NCBI GenBank assembly: GCA_963771075.1 | Contig: CAVYSE010000019.1 | Span: forward strand, 23,649-87,648 | Source of the DNA: a candidate division FCPU426 bacterium | GTDB taxonomy: Bacteria > Oederibacteriota > Muellerivitia > Muellerivitales > Muellerivitaceae | Direction of reading: 5' to 3' | Length of the DNA: 64,000 bases | Part shown: piece after piece, positions 32,625 to 43,081 of the stretch | How positions within the stretch are numbered: the stretch's first letter is position 1 | Layout of the letters: the number at the start of each line of letters is the position of its first letter | Program-made: the position numbers and the translations under genes | The notes under the pieces: model-generated | Told to the model about the DNA's origin: nothing | Database searches by the model: none | Seen by the model: the letters and a program-made list of their open reading frames with translations, nothing else

Positions 32625-33533
32625 CTATTTGGGGAGGGTTTTGGGCGGTTCGGGCTTGGGAGCCGGCGGAGGAGGGGCGGTGGACCGGCGCACCATCAAC
32701 TCGGGCTCGATCAAGATATGCTGGCGGGCTTTCATTGGATCCTGCACGATGGAATCAAGCATTTCGACGGCGATCCGGCCCATCTCGTAAAAAGGCTGAT
32801 GAATGGTCGTCAAGGGCGGGCTATGGAGGGCGGCCTGGTCGTAATTATCGAAGCCCACCACGGAGAGGTTGCCGGGAATGCGAATGCCCATTTCATTGGC
32901 GATCTCCATGGCGCCGAAGGCGATCATATCGCTGGCGCAAACCAGGGCCGTGGGCCGGACCATTTCAGGGAGGACCATCAGTTCACCGGCCGCTTCCTTT
33001 CCAAAATCATAGGAAAAGACCCCGTGTTTGACCCAGTCCAGATTTTCCACCAAACCTTTTTCTTTTAAGGCGGAGCGAAAACCCTCATACCGGTCACGGG
33101 CGTTCGAAGAAAGCTCGATCTCTCCCCCAATGTAGCCAATGCGATTATGGCCCAAATGGATCAAATGCTCCGTGGCCTTTCGGGATCCCTCCAGGTTATC
33201 CATGTCCACCCAGGAAAACTCATCCCCCGGATCCCGGTGGAACAACAAAACGATGGGAAGTTTCAAATTCTTGAGTATCCCCAGGTCCTGGTTCCGGGTT
33301 CGCGGCGCCATGATGACTGCCCCGGACAGCTCCTCTTTTTGGAGAAACTCGGCTTCCTTGCCGAGGATGCCCACCACGTTTTTCAAGAGGAGTGGAAACT
33401 CGGAGCGGGTAATGCCGTCGATGATTCCCGTCAAGGTCTGCTGGTAATAGGTCTCCGAAAGGTGGGGAGAACATTCCCAGAAGGAAAGCAGCCCCAATGA
33501 ATGGTGGGATTTGGGTTTGGAATTATGAGCCAT
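32625..33533 (-). CDS. LacI-family ligand-binding domain without HTH
   Basis: EHLIHLGHNRIGYI, PTALVCASD, LSVVGFDN, PPLTTIHQP. Confidence 0.85.
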   Translation of the reverse strand: MAHNSKPKSHHSLGLLSFWECSPHLSETYYQQTLTGIIDGITRSEFPLLLKNVVGILGKEAEFLQKEELSGAVIMAPRTRNQDLGILKNLKLPIVLLFHRDPGDEFSWVDMDNLEGSRKATEHLIHLGHNRIGYIGGEIELSSNARDRYEGFRSALKEKGLVENLDWVKHGVFSYDFGKEAAGELMVLPEMVRPTALVCASDMIAFGAMEIANEMGIRIPGNLSVVGFDNYDQAALHSPPLTTIHQPFYEMGRIAVEMLDSIVQDPMKARQHILIEPELMVRRSTAPPPPAPKPEPPKTLPK

Positions 33534-33728
33534 ACTTCGCCTCGGTTCTAAGGACTAAACCCGACCTTGGTTTAAAAAACTCTTTGCCCCCGGCGAAAGG
33601 CAGGGACGGGGTCACGGGATAAATACCATTATCTCTTTTAAATGTATCCTATGCATCCAAGGTCAAAATGATTTTCGTTTTACCCTTAAGGTCTTACCCC
33701 AAGCTCCCGGCGGCGAAAAACTTTTACC

Positions 33729-34628
33729 TTATTTCGTGACGTAATCTTCCATCGATTCGAACTTGTCGAAGGGTTTCTTGTCCGTGGAGATCCGGCCCCT
33801 CGTCTTCAGAACCTGCAATTCCTCACGGGTCGGCTCCACCCGGTAGGTCGAAGGCGTGAAACAATCGAATGTCACGCCCTTTTGCTTCATTTTCCGCACG
33901 TTATGCTCCATCACCCGTAGGGAGATCGGGGAGGACGAGGCCATTCGGTAGGTCCATCCCATGCCGAAACAGGGCATCTCCACCCGGGCGGTGAGAATAT
34001 TTGAGAAAACCGAATGAAAGGTCTTGTAGATGGTGGCGAAGGAATCGGGGAAAAGATAATAGTTGTCCGTGTGGATGCCGACCAACCCGCCCCTTTTGAC
34101 CCGCTTTTTGCAAAGTTGGTAGAACTCTTTCGTGTAGAGCATCTTGGAGGGTCCGTGGGGTTCGGTCAGGTCGATGATGAGAACATCGTATTTTTCCGGA
34201 TTCTTTTCCATGCGTTTTCGGGCGTCCTCATAAATAATCTCCACCCTTGGATCCCGCAGGCACTTCTCGATCTCGGGGTAATTTTTCCGGCAAAAATCCA
34301 CCACCCCCTTGTCGATCTCGACCATCAAGATTCGCTTCAGGCTTTTGAACTTGACCGTCTCCTCCAAGGCGAAACAGTCGCCGCCGCCGATAACGCAAAT
34401 GCTTTCGGGCTTGCGGTGGGCCAATAGCGGGGCGGCCACCAGATACTGGTGGTACCGGTTCTCATCTCCCCGGCTTATCTGGATTTTCCCATCCAGGAAA
34501 AGCAATGTGCCAAAGGTATCGTTCTCGAATATTTCCATCGATTGGTAGGGCGTCTGCCCCTTGTACAGGGATTGGCCTTTGTAGACATGGCCGAATGTGT
34601 TGGTGGTCCATTCCGTTTTAATATCCAT
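33729..34628 (-). CDS. speE: Polyamine aminopropyltransferase
   Basis: TPYQ, LFLDGKIQ, VIGGGD, VEID, IIDLTEP. Confidence 0.88.
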   Translation of the reverse strand: MDIKTEWTTNTFGHVYKGQSLYKGQTPYQSMEIFENDTFGTLLFLDGKIQISRGDENRYHQYLVAAPLLAHRKPESICVIGGGDCFALEETVKFKSLKRILMVEIDKGVVDFCRKNYPEIEKCLRDPRVEIIYEDARKRMEKNPEKYDVLIIDLTEPHGPSKMLYTKEFYQLCKKRVKRGGLVGIHTDNYYLFPDSFATIYKTFHSVFSNILTARVEMPCFGMGWTYRMASSSPISLRVMEHNVRKMKQKGVTFDCFTPSTYRVEPTREELQVLKTRGRISTDKKPFDKFESMEDYVTK

Positions 34629-34726
34629 CAAAAGCTCCTGGGGGAAGGTTGCCGGGGATTATATCGGAATTCGGGGGCGTGGCTTGTAAAAACCTTGGTA
34701 ACAAAGCGATTCGGGGTTAGAAAACC

Positions 34727-35926
34727 CTAAAATAAATAGAGGTCCGTGGAAAGCCTGAGATCAAAACCCGTATAGTCGATGGAGGCATAGTCCCCGTTGC
34801 CTTGGCTTAGGCTTTCGCTGGATTGCACCCCCAAGGTGCCGTTCCGTAAAACCGCCAAGGCCGAAGTGGTCCCGGAGGCCTGGTTCGAGACATTGCCCTG
34901 GACCTGGTTGATCTTGGCGTAGCGAAACCTTCCAGAAATTTCTAACCCAACTTCCCGGGTGAGGTACCATTCATTCCCGATCCCGATCACGCCGCCCAAG
35001 GTTCCTCCCGAGAGATTGCCGGCGACCGGACTCTCCGGGTCGGATTGGTAGTATCGGACCTGGGTAAAGTAATAACCCACCCCACCCATGGCGTACAACC
35101 GGCTCCTTCCCCCGGTCAGATTGCGGTAATAATTGACCCCCATCGAGTAGGTGTCGGGAGTGACCGATTGGAGAAGCTGGGAACTGGAAGAAACCACCGA
35201 GACCTGGTACCCCTCCCCTCCCAAGTATTCCAGTCCGAATGAGAAAACATTCGCGGAATCCAGGTTGTACCCGCTCTCCACGCCCAACTCCACGCCTGAG
35301 TTTCGGACGGAGGCCACCGCGCCTTGGTTGTTCGTAGTAAGGGATTTGTTCCAGGATTGGGCACCCGATTCAAAATCCTGCATGTTAGCGAAGCCGAAGC
35401 AGGAATTTAACTTTACCCACAGGGGGAAACGCGGCGTTGCGGGCTTAAGGGAATGGATCGGGTAAGGCATGCCGTAACCCGAAACCTGCGCCAACAAATC
35501 GAAAGGCACCGTGACGGGGGGATGCTTGGCCTCCACCGCCGTGATTTCATCGATTGGATGGAGCTTCAAGGAAGGGGTGGACGACAGGGATGACTGGAGT
35601 TTTTTGAAATGATCGAGAAGGCTCGTATTCTTGGGGTTGATCCTCAGGCTTTCCCGATAGGCACCCAAGGCGGCATCCCTGTTCTGCAACACAAAATAGC
35701 AATTGCCGATCATGTGGTAGGTTTGCCAGGAATCCAGGTTTTCATCGGCGGACAGGTAGAAATGGTGGAGCGCCTCTTGGTATTTCCCCGATTGATAGAG
35801 GTTGAAGCCCGTTTGAAATTCCAGATCGCCGGGTTGGGAGGAGGCCGCATGACAAGGACGAACCCAACAGAGGGTCATGGCCGCCAAAGCGATCCAACGA
35901 TGTAATTTAAGGTTCGAGAAGCTCAA
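34727..35926 (-). CDS. TPR plus outer-membrane beta-barrel protein
   Basis: Signal peptide, TPR repeats, amphipathic strands, terminal Phe. Confidence 0.65.
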   Translation of the reverse strand: MSFSNLKLHRWIALAAMTLCWVRPCHAASSQPGDLEFQTGFNLYQSGKYQEALHHFYLSADENLDSWQTYHMIGNCYFVLQNRDAALGAYRESLRINPKNTSLLDHFKKLQSSLSSTPSLKLHPIDEITAVEAKHPPVTVPFDLLAQVSGYGMPYPIHSLKPATPRFPLWVKLNSCFGFANMQDFESGAQSWNKSLTTNNQGAVASVRNSGVELGVESGYNLDSANVFSFGLEYLGGEGYQVSVVSSSSQLLQSVTPDTYSMGVNYYRNLTGGRSRLYAMGGVGYYFTQVRYYQSDPESPVAGNLSGGTLGGVIGIGNEWYLTREVGLEISGRFRYAKINQVQGNVSNQASGTTSALAVLRNGTLGVQSSESLSQGNGDYASIDYTGFDLRLSTDLYLF

Positions 35927-36205
35927 GTCATCCCTTTCTCGAAGGTTCCATGGAGGAAATGGGTTGGGTAAGTTTTAGGGGCCCTTCCCATTAACCTTTT
36001 AATTTTACCCTCAATAAGTCATACCCTCGATGATTTATCTTTTTCTTTTTTTCCCAAGGCAAGAAATTCAGCTGGGAAAATCGTTAAAACGACAAATTAA
36101 ACCGTTCTTGCTTGAACTATAGACGGTTTTTGGAGGCTTTTATTTCAAACTTATTTGGGGGGAATTAGGCGGTAAAAACAGGGGGTCTGGACGTGAAAAG
36201 TGGTT

Positions 36206-36598
36206 TTATCGGGCGGGCGGCTTACCAAACTGGGCCGTGATGGTGGAATGCATTCCCCCGCGGGTATTGAATAAACCGGTCACGCGGCACCATTTGGGCT
36301 TGGCGGCGGCAGTGAAATCCCGAAGCATCCGATTGACCGCGTTTTCATAAAAAATTCCGACGTTGCGATAGGCCAGGATGTAGCTTTTCAGGGATTTCAG
36401 CTCAAGAACATGCTTCACCGGCTCATATTCAAGAACAATGGTCCCAAAATCGGGCAAGCCGGTCTTGGGGCAAACCGCCGTGTACTCGGGGATTTCGATT
36501 CGGATGATGTATCCCGTATATTGGTTGGGGAACACCTCAATCGGGGGCAATTTGATCTTGATGCCCGACTTCGCGTGGGTCTCGTTGTAGTCGCTCAT
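36206..36598 (-). CDS. queF: preQ0 reductase QueF (type I)
   Basis: CPKTGLPDFG, ELKSLK, RGG. Confidence 0.93.
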   Translation of the reverse strand: MSDYNETHAKSGIKIKLPPIEVFPNQYTGYIIRIEIPEYTAVCPKTGLPDFGTIVLEYEPVKHVLELKSLKSYILAYRNVGIFYENAVNRMLRDFTAAAKPKWCRVTGLFNTRGGMHSTITAQFGKPPAR

Positions 36599-36618
36599 TT
36601 ATTATTCCTTCCACATAA

Positions 36619-36895
36619 ATCCAACGCAAAGCCGCAAAGTTTCGATGAAAGGCATTTCGAAAATTAAGACCAACAAAATGGCAAGGGATGTTAGCCGTAA
36701 ATGAAGAATTTTCTTTTCTTAGCGTTTTGGCGTCTTTGCGTTAGAAGTTGTTTTAAGAATCTCGAACAAAACCCAATATTTACCACAGAGACACTGAGAC
36801 ACAGAGTAAACCCGGACAATTGGTTTAAGATTCCTTGAATTTAGAAATTTTTTTTCTGTGCCTCTGTGGCCGCCAAAGGCGGCCTGTGGTGAAAT
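36619..36895. repeat. Two tandem degenerate inverted-repeat elements
   Basis: CCAACGCAAAGCCGCAAAG..CTTAGCGTTTTGGCGTCTTTGCGTTAG; ACCACAGAGACACTGAGACACAGAG..TCTGTGCCTCTGTGG..CTGTGGT. Confidence 0.65.
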
Positions 36896-36921
36896 TAGGT
36901 TTTGTTATAATCTTTAAGTTA

Positions 36922-37999
36922 TTAATTTACCAAATTGTAAAGGGTATCGCGCTGGTGGGGTTCGAAACCCATCTCGCTAATGAGCCGCCGCATCTCGTTG
37001 AGTTCCATGGTGTAGTGGGTGCCGGTGGAGGAGACCACATTCTCCTCCAGCATGATGCTTCCCAAGTCGTTGGCCCCGTACTTCAGGCCCAAGCTGTCCG
37101 ATCTTCTTTCCCGGCGTCACCCAGGAGGCCTGCAGGTTGGGAAGGGTATGGTTCAGGATGATCCGGCAAAGGGCCAGGGTCTTCAGGTATTCCAGCCCGC
37201 TGGCGCTCTTTAGCCCCAAGGCCTCATTTCCCGGCTGATAGAGCCAGGGGATGAAACCCAAAAAACCCCCGGTCTCTTCCTGCAGTTCCCTCACGCGGAA
37301 AACATGCTCGATGCGGTCCTCGATGGTTTCCACATGTCCGAACATCATGGTGGCGGTGGAGCGCATGCCGAGGGAATGCAGGTCGCGCATGACCCCCAGC
37401 CACTCGTCGGTCGAGGCCTTGAGGGGGGCGATTTCCTTACGCACCCGGTCCACCAAAATCTCGGCGCCGCCCCCGGGCATTGAATCCATCCCCGCCTTGC
37501 GGAACTCCTTGAGAATATCAATGACCGGCATGCTGAATACGGACGAGAAGTGGACCAATTCGGGGGGCGAGAAGGCGTGCAAGGTGACATCGGGATGGGC
37601 CCGTTTGACCTTGGAGAGCATGTCGAGATACCACTCCAACTTCAGGTCGGGGTTGTGACCGCCCTGGAGGAGAATCTGGGTGGCGCCCAGGGCCTTTGCC
37701 TCGGCGACCTTATGGATGATCTTGTCCGCCTCGTTGACGTAACCCTCCTTCACGTCCCCCGGTTCCCGGTAAAAGGCGCAGAACTTGCAATAGGTCACGC
37801 AAACATTGGTGTAATTGATGTTTCGGTCGATCAGGTAGGTGGCGATCTGATCGCCCTTGGTCCGGGTTTTGAGGGTATCGGCGATGGCGCCCAGTTCGTT
37901 CAACGGCGTCCCTTGGTACAAATCCAAGGCTTCCAGCCGGTTCACCACGTGGCCGTCCAAGACTTTTTCTTGGAGGGTCTCAACACTCGCAACTGGCAT
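36922..37999 (-). CDS. mqnC: Cyclic dehypoxanthine futalosine synthase (frameshift near 37090)
   Basis: DRNINYTNVCVTYCKFCAF, LLQGG, ANDLGSIMLEENVV. Confidence 0.88.
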
Positions 38000-38022
38000 G
38001 GTTTTATACCTTTCTTCGTCTT

Positions 38023-38085
38023 CAGCAATTAGCAGTTGGCTTTTAGCCGTTAGCTAACTGCCAAAAGCTAAACACTAACGGCTAA
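38023..38085. repeat. Palindromic heptamer (TTAGC/GCTAA) repeat
   Basis: TTAGCAGTTGGCTTTTAGCCGTTAGC-TAACTGCCAAAAGCTAAACACTAACGGCTAA. Confidence 0.65.
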
Positions 38086-39050
38086 AAAATCAGTCCTTCT
38101 TCTTTCAAGAGCCGTTTGAACTCATTGTGGCCCTTCACTTCCTCCGGGCCGTACTCGTACCGGATATTCTTTTCGAGATATTCCTTGGCCTGGTTGCGGT
38201 GGAACACCCAGATGCCGGAGTAACCGTCGACGATCTCCTGGTAATGTTTCACGCCCTCGTTGCGGCAGGCCAGTAGGTCTTGCTCGATTTCTCGGGCGAC
38301 CGGCACGGATTGGGTCATCCAGGCGGCGAACACAAATGGCTTTTGGGTGCGCAGGTACCACTCCTCGCCCAAATCGGTCACGGTCATGCCCGATGGCGCT
38401 GATTCCAGGGCGATGTCCCCGAATTGGAGGACCACTTCCCAGGGTTTGACCTGGCCTGGATTGAAATGTTCCATATCCACCGGAACCACCTTCAGATCCC
38501 TGACCCCATACCATTTTTTCAGGATCAAGCGGGAGAGCAATACCGACGTTTCAGACCGGTCATCCACATAAAGCCTTTGGGTCTTCCCCAACGGATCGTT
38601 GGAGAGCAGACGCACGCTTCTGACGGGCCCTTTGCAACCCACCGCGGCCACGGGAACAATCTGCAGGCTGGGATCTTTCACCCAGGCCCCGATGGGGGCG
38701 ATAGCCACATCCAACCGCCCTTCCTTCAAAAGCTTGGCCATCTGGTTGGGCGCCACCTCAACGACCTTGTGGTGCTTGGCCATGTCCCATGCAAGGGGTT
38801 GCACATTCAGGAAGTGGTAAACCCCGATGCGCATGGGTTTGGACGTGAACTTCACCGGCACCGCGGGTTTAGGCGTTGGTGCGGGGGCCATTGCCGGGGT
38901 CGGGGCGGCTGCGGGTTTGGGAATTGGGGCGACAGCGGGCGGGGCAAGGGGTGCCGCTGGGGCGGAAGCGGCTGCCGCTGGGGTTGCCGATTTTTCCCCT
39001 GAGGGGGTAACGCTCGGCGCCGGGGTGGAATTCGCGGGTGTTTCGCTCAT
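38082..39050 (-). CDS. mqnA: Chorismate dehydratase with Pro/Ala-rich N-terminal extension
   Basis: FLNVQPL, GPVRSV, SETSV, DLGEEW, PFVFAAW. Confidence 0.85.
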   Translation of the reverse strand: MSETPANSTPAPSVTPSGEKSATPAAAASAPAAPLAPPAVAPIPKPAAAPTPAMAPAPTPKPAVPVKFTSKPMRIGVYHFLNVQPLAWDMAKHHKVVEVAPNQMAKLLKEGRLDVAIAPIGAWVKDPSLQIVPVAAVGCKGPVRSVRLLSNDPLGKTQRLYVDDRSETSVLLSRLILKKWYGVRDLKVVPVDMEHFNPGQVKPWEVVLQFGDIALESAPSGMTVTDLGEEWYLRTQKPFVFAAWMTQSVPVAREIEQDLLACRNEGVKHYQEIVDGYSGIWVFHRNQAKEYLEKNIRYEYGPEEVKGHNEFKRLLKEEGLIF

Positions 39051-39076
39051 GGTTTTTCCTTTATTCTAATCGCCTG

Positions 39077-40201
39077 TTAACCGACCGACGCGGCGACGGA
39101 TTGGGGTTTCAATTCCTTGTAAAGCGTATCCCGCTCCACTGGAATCCTACCCGCCTCACGTATCAGGTTACGCAACTGGGTGACCGTCATCACCTCGGGT
39201 GTTTCGGACCCAGCCATGTGGTAAATCTTTTCTTCGATCACGGTACCGTCGATGTCATCCACGCCATAGGAAAGGGACAGTTGGGCTAACCTCGCGCCCA
39301 GGGTAATCCAATAAGCCTTGATATGAGGAAAGTTATCGAGGTAAACCCGGCCCACGGCCAGGGTTTTAAGGTCTTCCAATCCGCTGGGACGGGCAAACTG
39401 GTCCATGGCGGTATGGTCGGGGTGGAAGGCGAGGGGGATAAAGGTCTGGAAGCCGCCCGTCTCGTCCTGAAGTTCCCTTAAACGCCGCATGTGGTCCACG
39501 CGATGGTGGTATTTCTCAATGTGGCCGAAAAGCATGGTGGCGTTGGTACGCAGGCCCAACTGATGGGCGGCCCGGTGGATCTTGATCCACTCCTCCGCGT
39601 CGGCCTTACCGGGGCAAATTTGCTCCCGAACCTCGGGATGGAAGATTTCCGCGCCCCCTCCGGGCATGGAATCCAACCCCGCGTCTTTCAGGGCCGAAAG
39701 CACCTCATGGTAGCTCATGTTGAACTTATTGGCGAAATAGTAGATCTCGACGGCGGTGAAGCACTTCAAATGGACGGAAGGAATCTCTTTTTTCAGCGTC
39801 CGAAGCAGGGTCAGATACCAATCCAACTCGTACTTGGGGTGCAAGCCTCCGACGATATGGAGTTCGGTGATATGTTCCTTCTCGAAAGCCGACTTGCCCT
39901 TTTCCAAAATTTGCTGGAGGGTGAACTCGAAAGCGCCATCCTCCCCCTCGAAACGGGAAAAGGCGCAGAATTTACAGGTGGTGTCGCAGACGTTGGTGTA
40001 ATCGATGTGGCGGTTGATGTTGTAGTAGGTGAAATTGCCGTTCTTGCGTTCCCGGACGAGGTTGGCCATGGCCCCCAGGAGGTATAGGTCGTTCGTCTCA
40101 AAGAGCCGGAGGGCGTCCGCGTCGGTCAGGCGGGTGCCCGCCTCGACTTTCTCGTAAAGGTCCTTGACCGGCGACTGCTTCAGGCGATGTTTCAAAACCA
40201 C
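39077..40201 (-). CDS. mqnE: Aminofutalosine synthase
   Basis: NRHIDYTNVCDTTCKFCAF, ELHIVGGLHP, HIKAYW, DGTVIEEKIYHMAG. Confidence 0.92.
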   Translation of the reverse strand: MVLKHRLKQSPVKDLYEKVEAGTRLTDADALRLFETNDLYLLGAMANLVRERKNGNFTYYNINRHIDYTNVCDTTCKFCAFSRFEGEDGAFEFTLQQILEKGKSAFEKEHITELHIVGGLHPKYELDWYLTLLRTLKKEIPSVHLKCFTAVEIYYFANKFNMSYHEVLSALKDAGLDSMPGGGAEIFHPEVREQICPGKADAEEWIKIHRAAHQLGLRTNATMLFGHIEKYHHRVDHMRRLRELQDETGGFQTFIPLAFHPDHTAMDQFARPSGLEDLKTLAVGRVYLDNFPHIKAYWITLGARLAQLSLSYGVDDIDGTVIEEKIYHMAGSETPEVMTVTQLRNLIREAGRIPVERDTLYKELKPQSVAASVG

Positions 40202-41061
40202 AAAGTGACTCCCACAACCAGGAAGTAGAGAACGGCGATCCAGCCGTTGTAACCCATCATGGCGGGGGAAAGACTGAACCGGATGTCTCCCCCATCCTTT
40301 TCAAGCCGGTAGGCCAGGCGGTGCTGGACCAAAAGAACAAAGCCAACCAGGGCGATGCCCCAAAAGTAAATGGGGCGAAAGCCAACCTGGGCCCCGAAAC
40401 CAGCGAGGAATCCTAACATAAGGAAATGGAACAATCGAGAGGCCATTAGGCTCCTCGGGATTCCCCACCGCACCACCCAGGATTGAAGCCCCTCCCGCTT
40501 GTCGAATGACAAATCCTGCGTGGCGTAGAGGATATCGAAACCCGCCAGGAAACAAATAACCGCGCCGAGAAGCCAGAGGGGTTGAATTCCCAATTTCCCA
40601 GTCCCCGCGATCCAGGCGCCCACCGGCGCCACTCCCAAGGCCAGGCCCAGGAAAAGATGGGAGGTCCAGGTGAACCGTTTCGTGTGGGAGTAAAAAAAGA
40701 CGATGGCCAACGCCAAGGGTGAAAGTTTGAAAGCCAGGGGGTTGATGAAGTAGGTGGCCCCCACCAAACCTAAAGCGGTGAGCCATACGATCAGGCGTAC
40801 CTGCCCTATCTTGATCCGGCCCGCCGGGAGATCCCGGTTTTGGGTGCGGGGGTTTTTCGCGTCCAGGTCGGCGTCCACCAGCCGGTTGTAGGCCATGGCC
40901 GAGGTACGGGCTAAAACCATGCAAAGAATGACGAGCAATAGCAATCTCAACGAGGGTTTTCCGTGAGTGGCGGTCAGCAGGCTCGCCAGGGCGAAGGGCA
41001 GGGCGAAAACCGAATGGGGCAACACGACCAAATTGGAAAAGGTTTTAATGAATTTGATCAT
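40192..41061 (-). CDS. UbiA-like prenyltransferase (MqnP)
   Basis: HSVFALPFA, NRLVDADLDAKNPRT, FDILYATQD. Confidence 0.9.
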   Translation of the reverse strand: MIKFIKTFSNLVVLPHSVFALPFALASLLTATHGKPSLRLLLLVILCMVLARTSAMAYNRLVDADLDAKNPRTQNRDLPAGRIKIGQVRLIVWLTALGLVGATYFINPLAFKLSPLALAIVFFYSHTKRFTWTSHLFLGLALGVAPVGAWIAGTGKLGIQPLWLLGAVICFLAGFDILYATQDLSFDKREGLQSWVVRWGIPRSLMASRLFHFLMLGFLAGFGAQVGFRPIYFWGIALVGFVLLVQHRLAYRLEKDGGDIRFSLSPAMMGYNGWIAVLYFLVVGVTLWF

Positions 41062-41062
41062 C

Positions 41063-41638
41063 TTAGGGATGGGCAGCCGTTTGAATGGAAGGAGTAGGCG
41101 TTGAAAGAACCGCTGCCGTAGGCGATGGGGCAATCGTCGGGGTGCGCGAGGGCTTGGCGGGTTGAACCGTGGGCGTCGGGTCCAAGTCAAACGCCGCCTT
41201 TTCGGAGAATAGGGTCAGGAAGCTGAGCGGAAAATGTTCCTTTTCCCCCGTGGATTCATCCATTCGCCAGATCATGGTATTTCGGTCCCGATCCTCGAGA
41301 TGGCCCTCCACCAAGATCACGTCGCCCGATTGGGGGACCTTATTCAGGGAATCCCATAAAAGGTTGATCCATAGCATCACATAGGCATGGTCATGGGGAT
41401 AGGGAGATAATCCGCAGAGAATCCGGTCGGGAGATCCGGATTCGGGGTAGATCGGCTCATACACATAAAGCTTCCAGATGACATGGTTCTTATCGTTCGG
41501 GACGCCGGTTTTCACGCATTGGACATATTCCTTCAAGGCTTGGGTAAGAGGTTCGGGTTGTAACAGTTCACCCGCGCTGAGAGGGCAGACTGCCAAGAGC
41601 GCGATCCAAAGGAGGTTTTGTCTCAAGACCTGTTTCAT
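41063..41638 (-). CDS. Secreted hypothetical protein, paralog A
   Basis: Signal peptide; NHVIWKLYV; GDVILVEG; P/T tail. Confidence 0.65.
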   Translation of the reverse strand: MKQVLRQNLLWIALLAVCPLSAGELLQPEPLTQALKEYVQCVKTGVPNDKNHVIWKLYVYEPIYPESGSPDRILCGLSPYPHDHAYVMLWINLLWDSLNKVPQSGDVILVEGHLEDRDRNTMIWRMDESTGEKEHFPLSFLTLFSEKAAFDLDPTPTVQPAKPSRTPTIAPSPTAAVLSTPTPSIQTAAHP

Positions 41639-42258
41639 CGCTGACCCTTATCCGGGATGTAAGGCTGGTTTTGATTGACAGGGTTTACGGTCACTACCGG
41701 AAGTATCGTCCCAGCCGTCGCTGGAACCGGTTGGACCGGCAGGGCGGCGGGAGTGATGGTCTGGGAGGACGGGGATACCGAGGTTCCGTTCCCCGATTCA
41801 ACTGGAAGTTCAAAATGCGCGCCTGGAAGCAATTTCGCATTCGAGGGATAAAGATAAAGGTTTTTCAAAACGTGATACGCCTTATCGTTCCACATATGGG
41901 TTTTAGTATGAACCACAATTCGTCCTTCCACCACGATCACATCTCCTGTTTTGGGTGATGAGCTCAAAAAGTTCCAGAGTTGGTTGAGCCCGACGATCAC
42001 GAAATAATTCTTCTTGTTAGTTGGAAGCAAACCGGCCAGGATCGCCTGGGTGGATCTGTTCAGGCCCGCATTAGGAACAAGCTGGGAAAAAACATAGAGT
42101 TTCCAAACCACATGGTTCATGGGGTCGGGTTTATCCGTCTTTGCAAACTCCAAATACTCCTTGATTTCTTGATCCTGCGGTTCGGGGGTCAAATCGTCGT
42201 CGGCCCAAAGTGGAACTGCCCATAAAAGCAAACATAGCACCGCAAAATATTTTTTCAT
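41635..42258 (-). CDS. Secreted hypothetical protein, paralog B
   Basis: Signal peptide; NHVVWKLYV; GDVIVVEG; P/T tail. Confidence 0.65.
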   Translation of the reverse strand: MKKYFAVLCLLLWAVPLWADDDLTPEPQDQEIKEYLEFAKTDKPDPMNHVVWKLYVFSQLVPNAGLNRSTQAILAGLLPTNKKNYFVIVGLNQLWNFLSSSPKTGDVIVVEGRIVVHTKTHMWNDKAYHVLKNLYLYPSNAKLLPGAHFELPVESGNGTSVSPSSQTITPAALPVQPVPATAGTILPVVTVNPVNQNQPYIPDKGQR

Positions 42259-42291
42259 AACCATCTCCTTCAACTAATTTTCAAAATATTT

Positions 42292-42867
42292 TCAGACCTT
42301 ATTCCCTTCCCTCCATCTTTTCGTCACTTCTGCCTGGATGCCCGCATGGTCGTAAACCCGGGCCACCACCGTATCCACCAATTCCTCGATGGTTGACGGA
42401 TTACCATAAAAACTGGGCGTGGCGGGGATCACATGGGCGCCCGCCAGGGTCAAAAGCTCCATGTTCTTGATTTGAACGAGGGAAAGGGGCGTTTCCCTGG
42501 GAACCAGGATCAACGTCCTCCTTTCCTTTAAGAACACTTCCCCGGAACGGGTGATGAGATTGTCGGCGATTCCATGGGCCAACTTGCCCAGGGTCGTGGT
42601 GGAGCAGGGTATGACCACCATGGCTTCGAATTTATTCGACCCGCTGGCCGAGGGTGCGGTCAGGTCCTTCTCGTCCCATTCCTTGACGCGGGGGGGCAGG
42701 TTTAACCCGCCCTCATGGGTCGCCACGAGCCGGGCGGATTCGGACACCACCGCGTGCACTTCCCAATCGTCATAGGGAAAATGCTGGAAGAACCTCCGGG
42801 CATAGAGGATGCCCGAGGCTCCCGTGACGGCGACCAGTATCTTTTTCACGGCTCCCCTGTCGGGCAT
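42292..42867 (-). CDS. ubiX: Flavin prenyltransferase UbiX
   Basis: VTGASG, ASGS, PCS, LKERR, PRETP. Confidence 0.93.
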   Translation of the reverse strand: MPDRGAVKKILVAVTGASGILYARRFFQHFPYDDWEVHAVVSESARLVATHEGGLNLPPRVKEWDEKDLTAPSASGSNKFEAMVVIPCSTTTLGKLAHGIADNLITRSGEVFLKERRTLILVPRETPLSLVQIKNMELLTLAGAHVIPATPSFYGNPSTIEELVDTVVARVYDHAGIQAEVTKRWREGNKV

Positions 42868-43077
42868 TTACTTTTTATCCTTTCGGCTCGGCCGGATTCG
42901 ATAAACCGAAGATTTTTCATGAACTGCCATCACGGGTTCTGAGTTGGGAACAGACTTGCTTTCCTCATAAAGGGTGTCTGGACAAAGGTCTTGGCCGCCC
43001 TTCCGTTGAACGGTCCCCAAAACGGCCCGAACTGGTTTGAAAGCCGCCTTTTCCTTTATTTGACGGAAAACACCTTT
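42868..43077 (-). pseudogene. 5'-truncated DUF2442-like gene remnant
   Basis: Start-less frame KGVFRQIKEKAAFKPVRAVLGTVQRKGGQDLCPDTLY. Confidence 0.55.
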
Positions 43078-43081
43078 GCAC

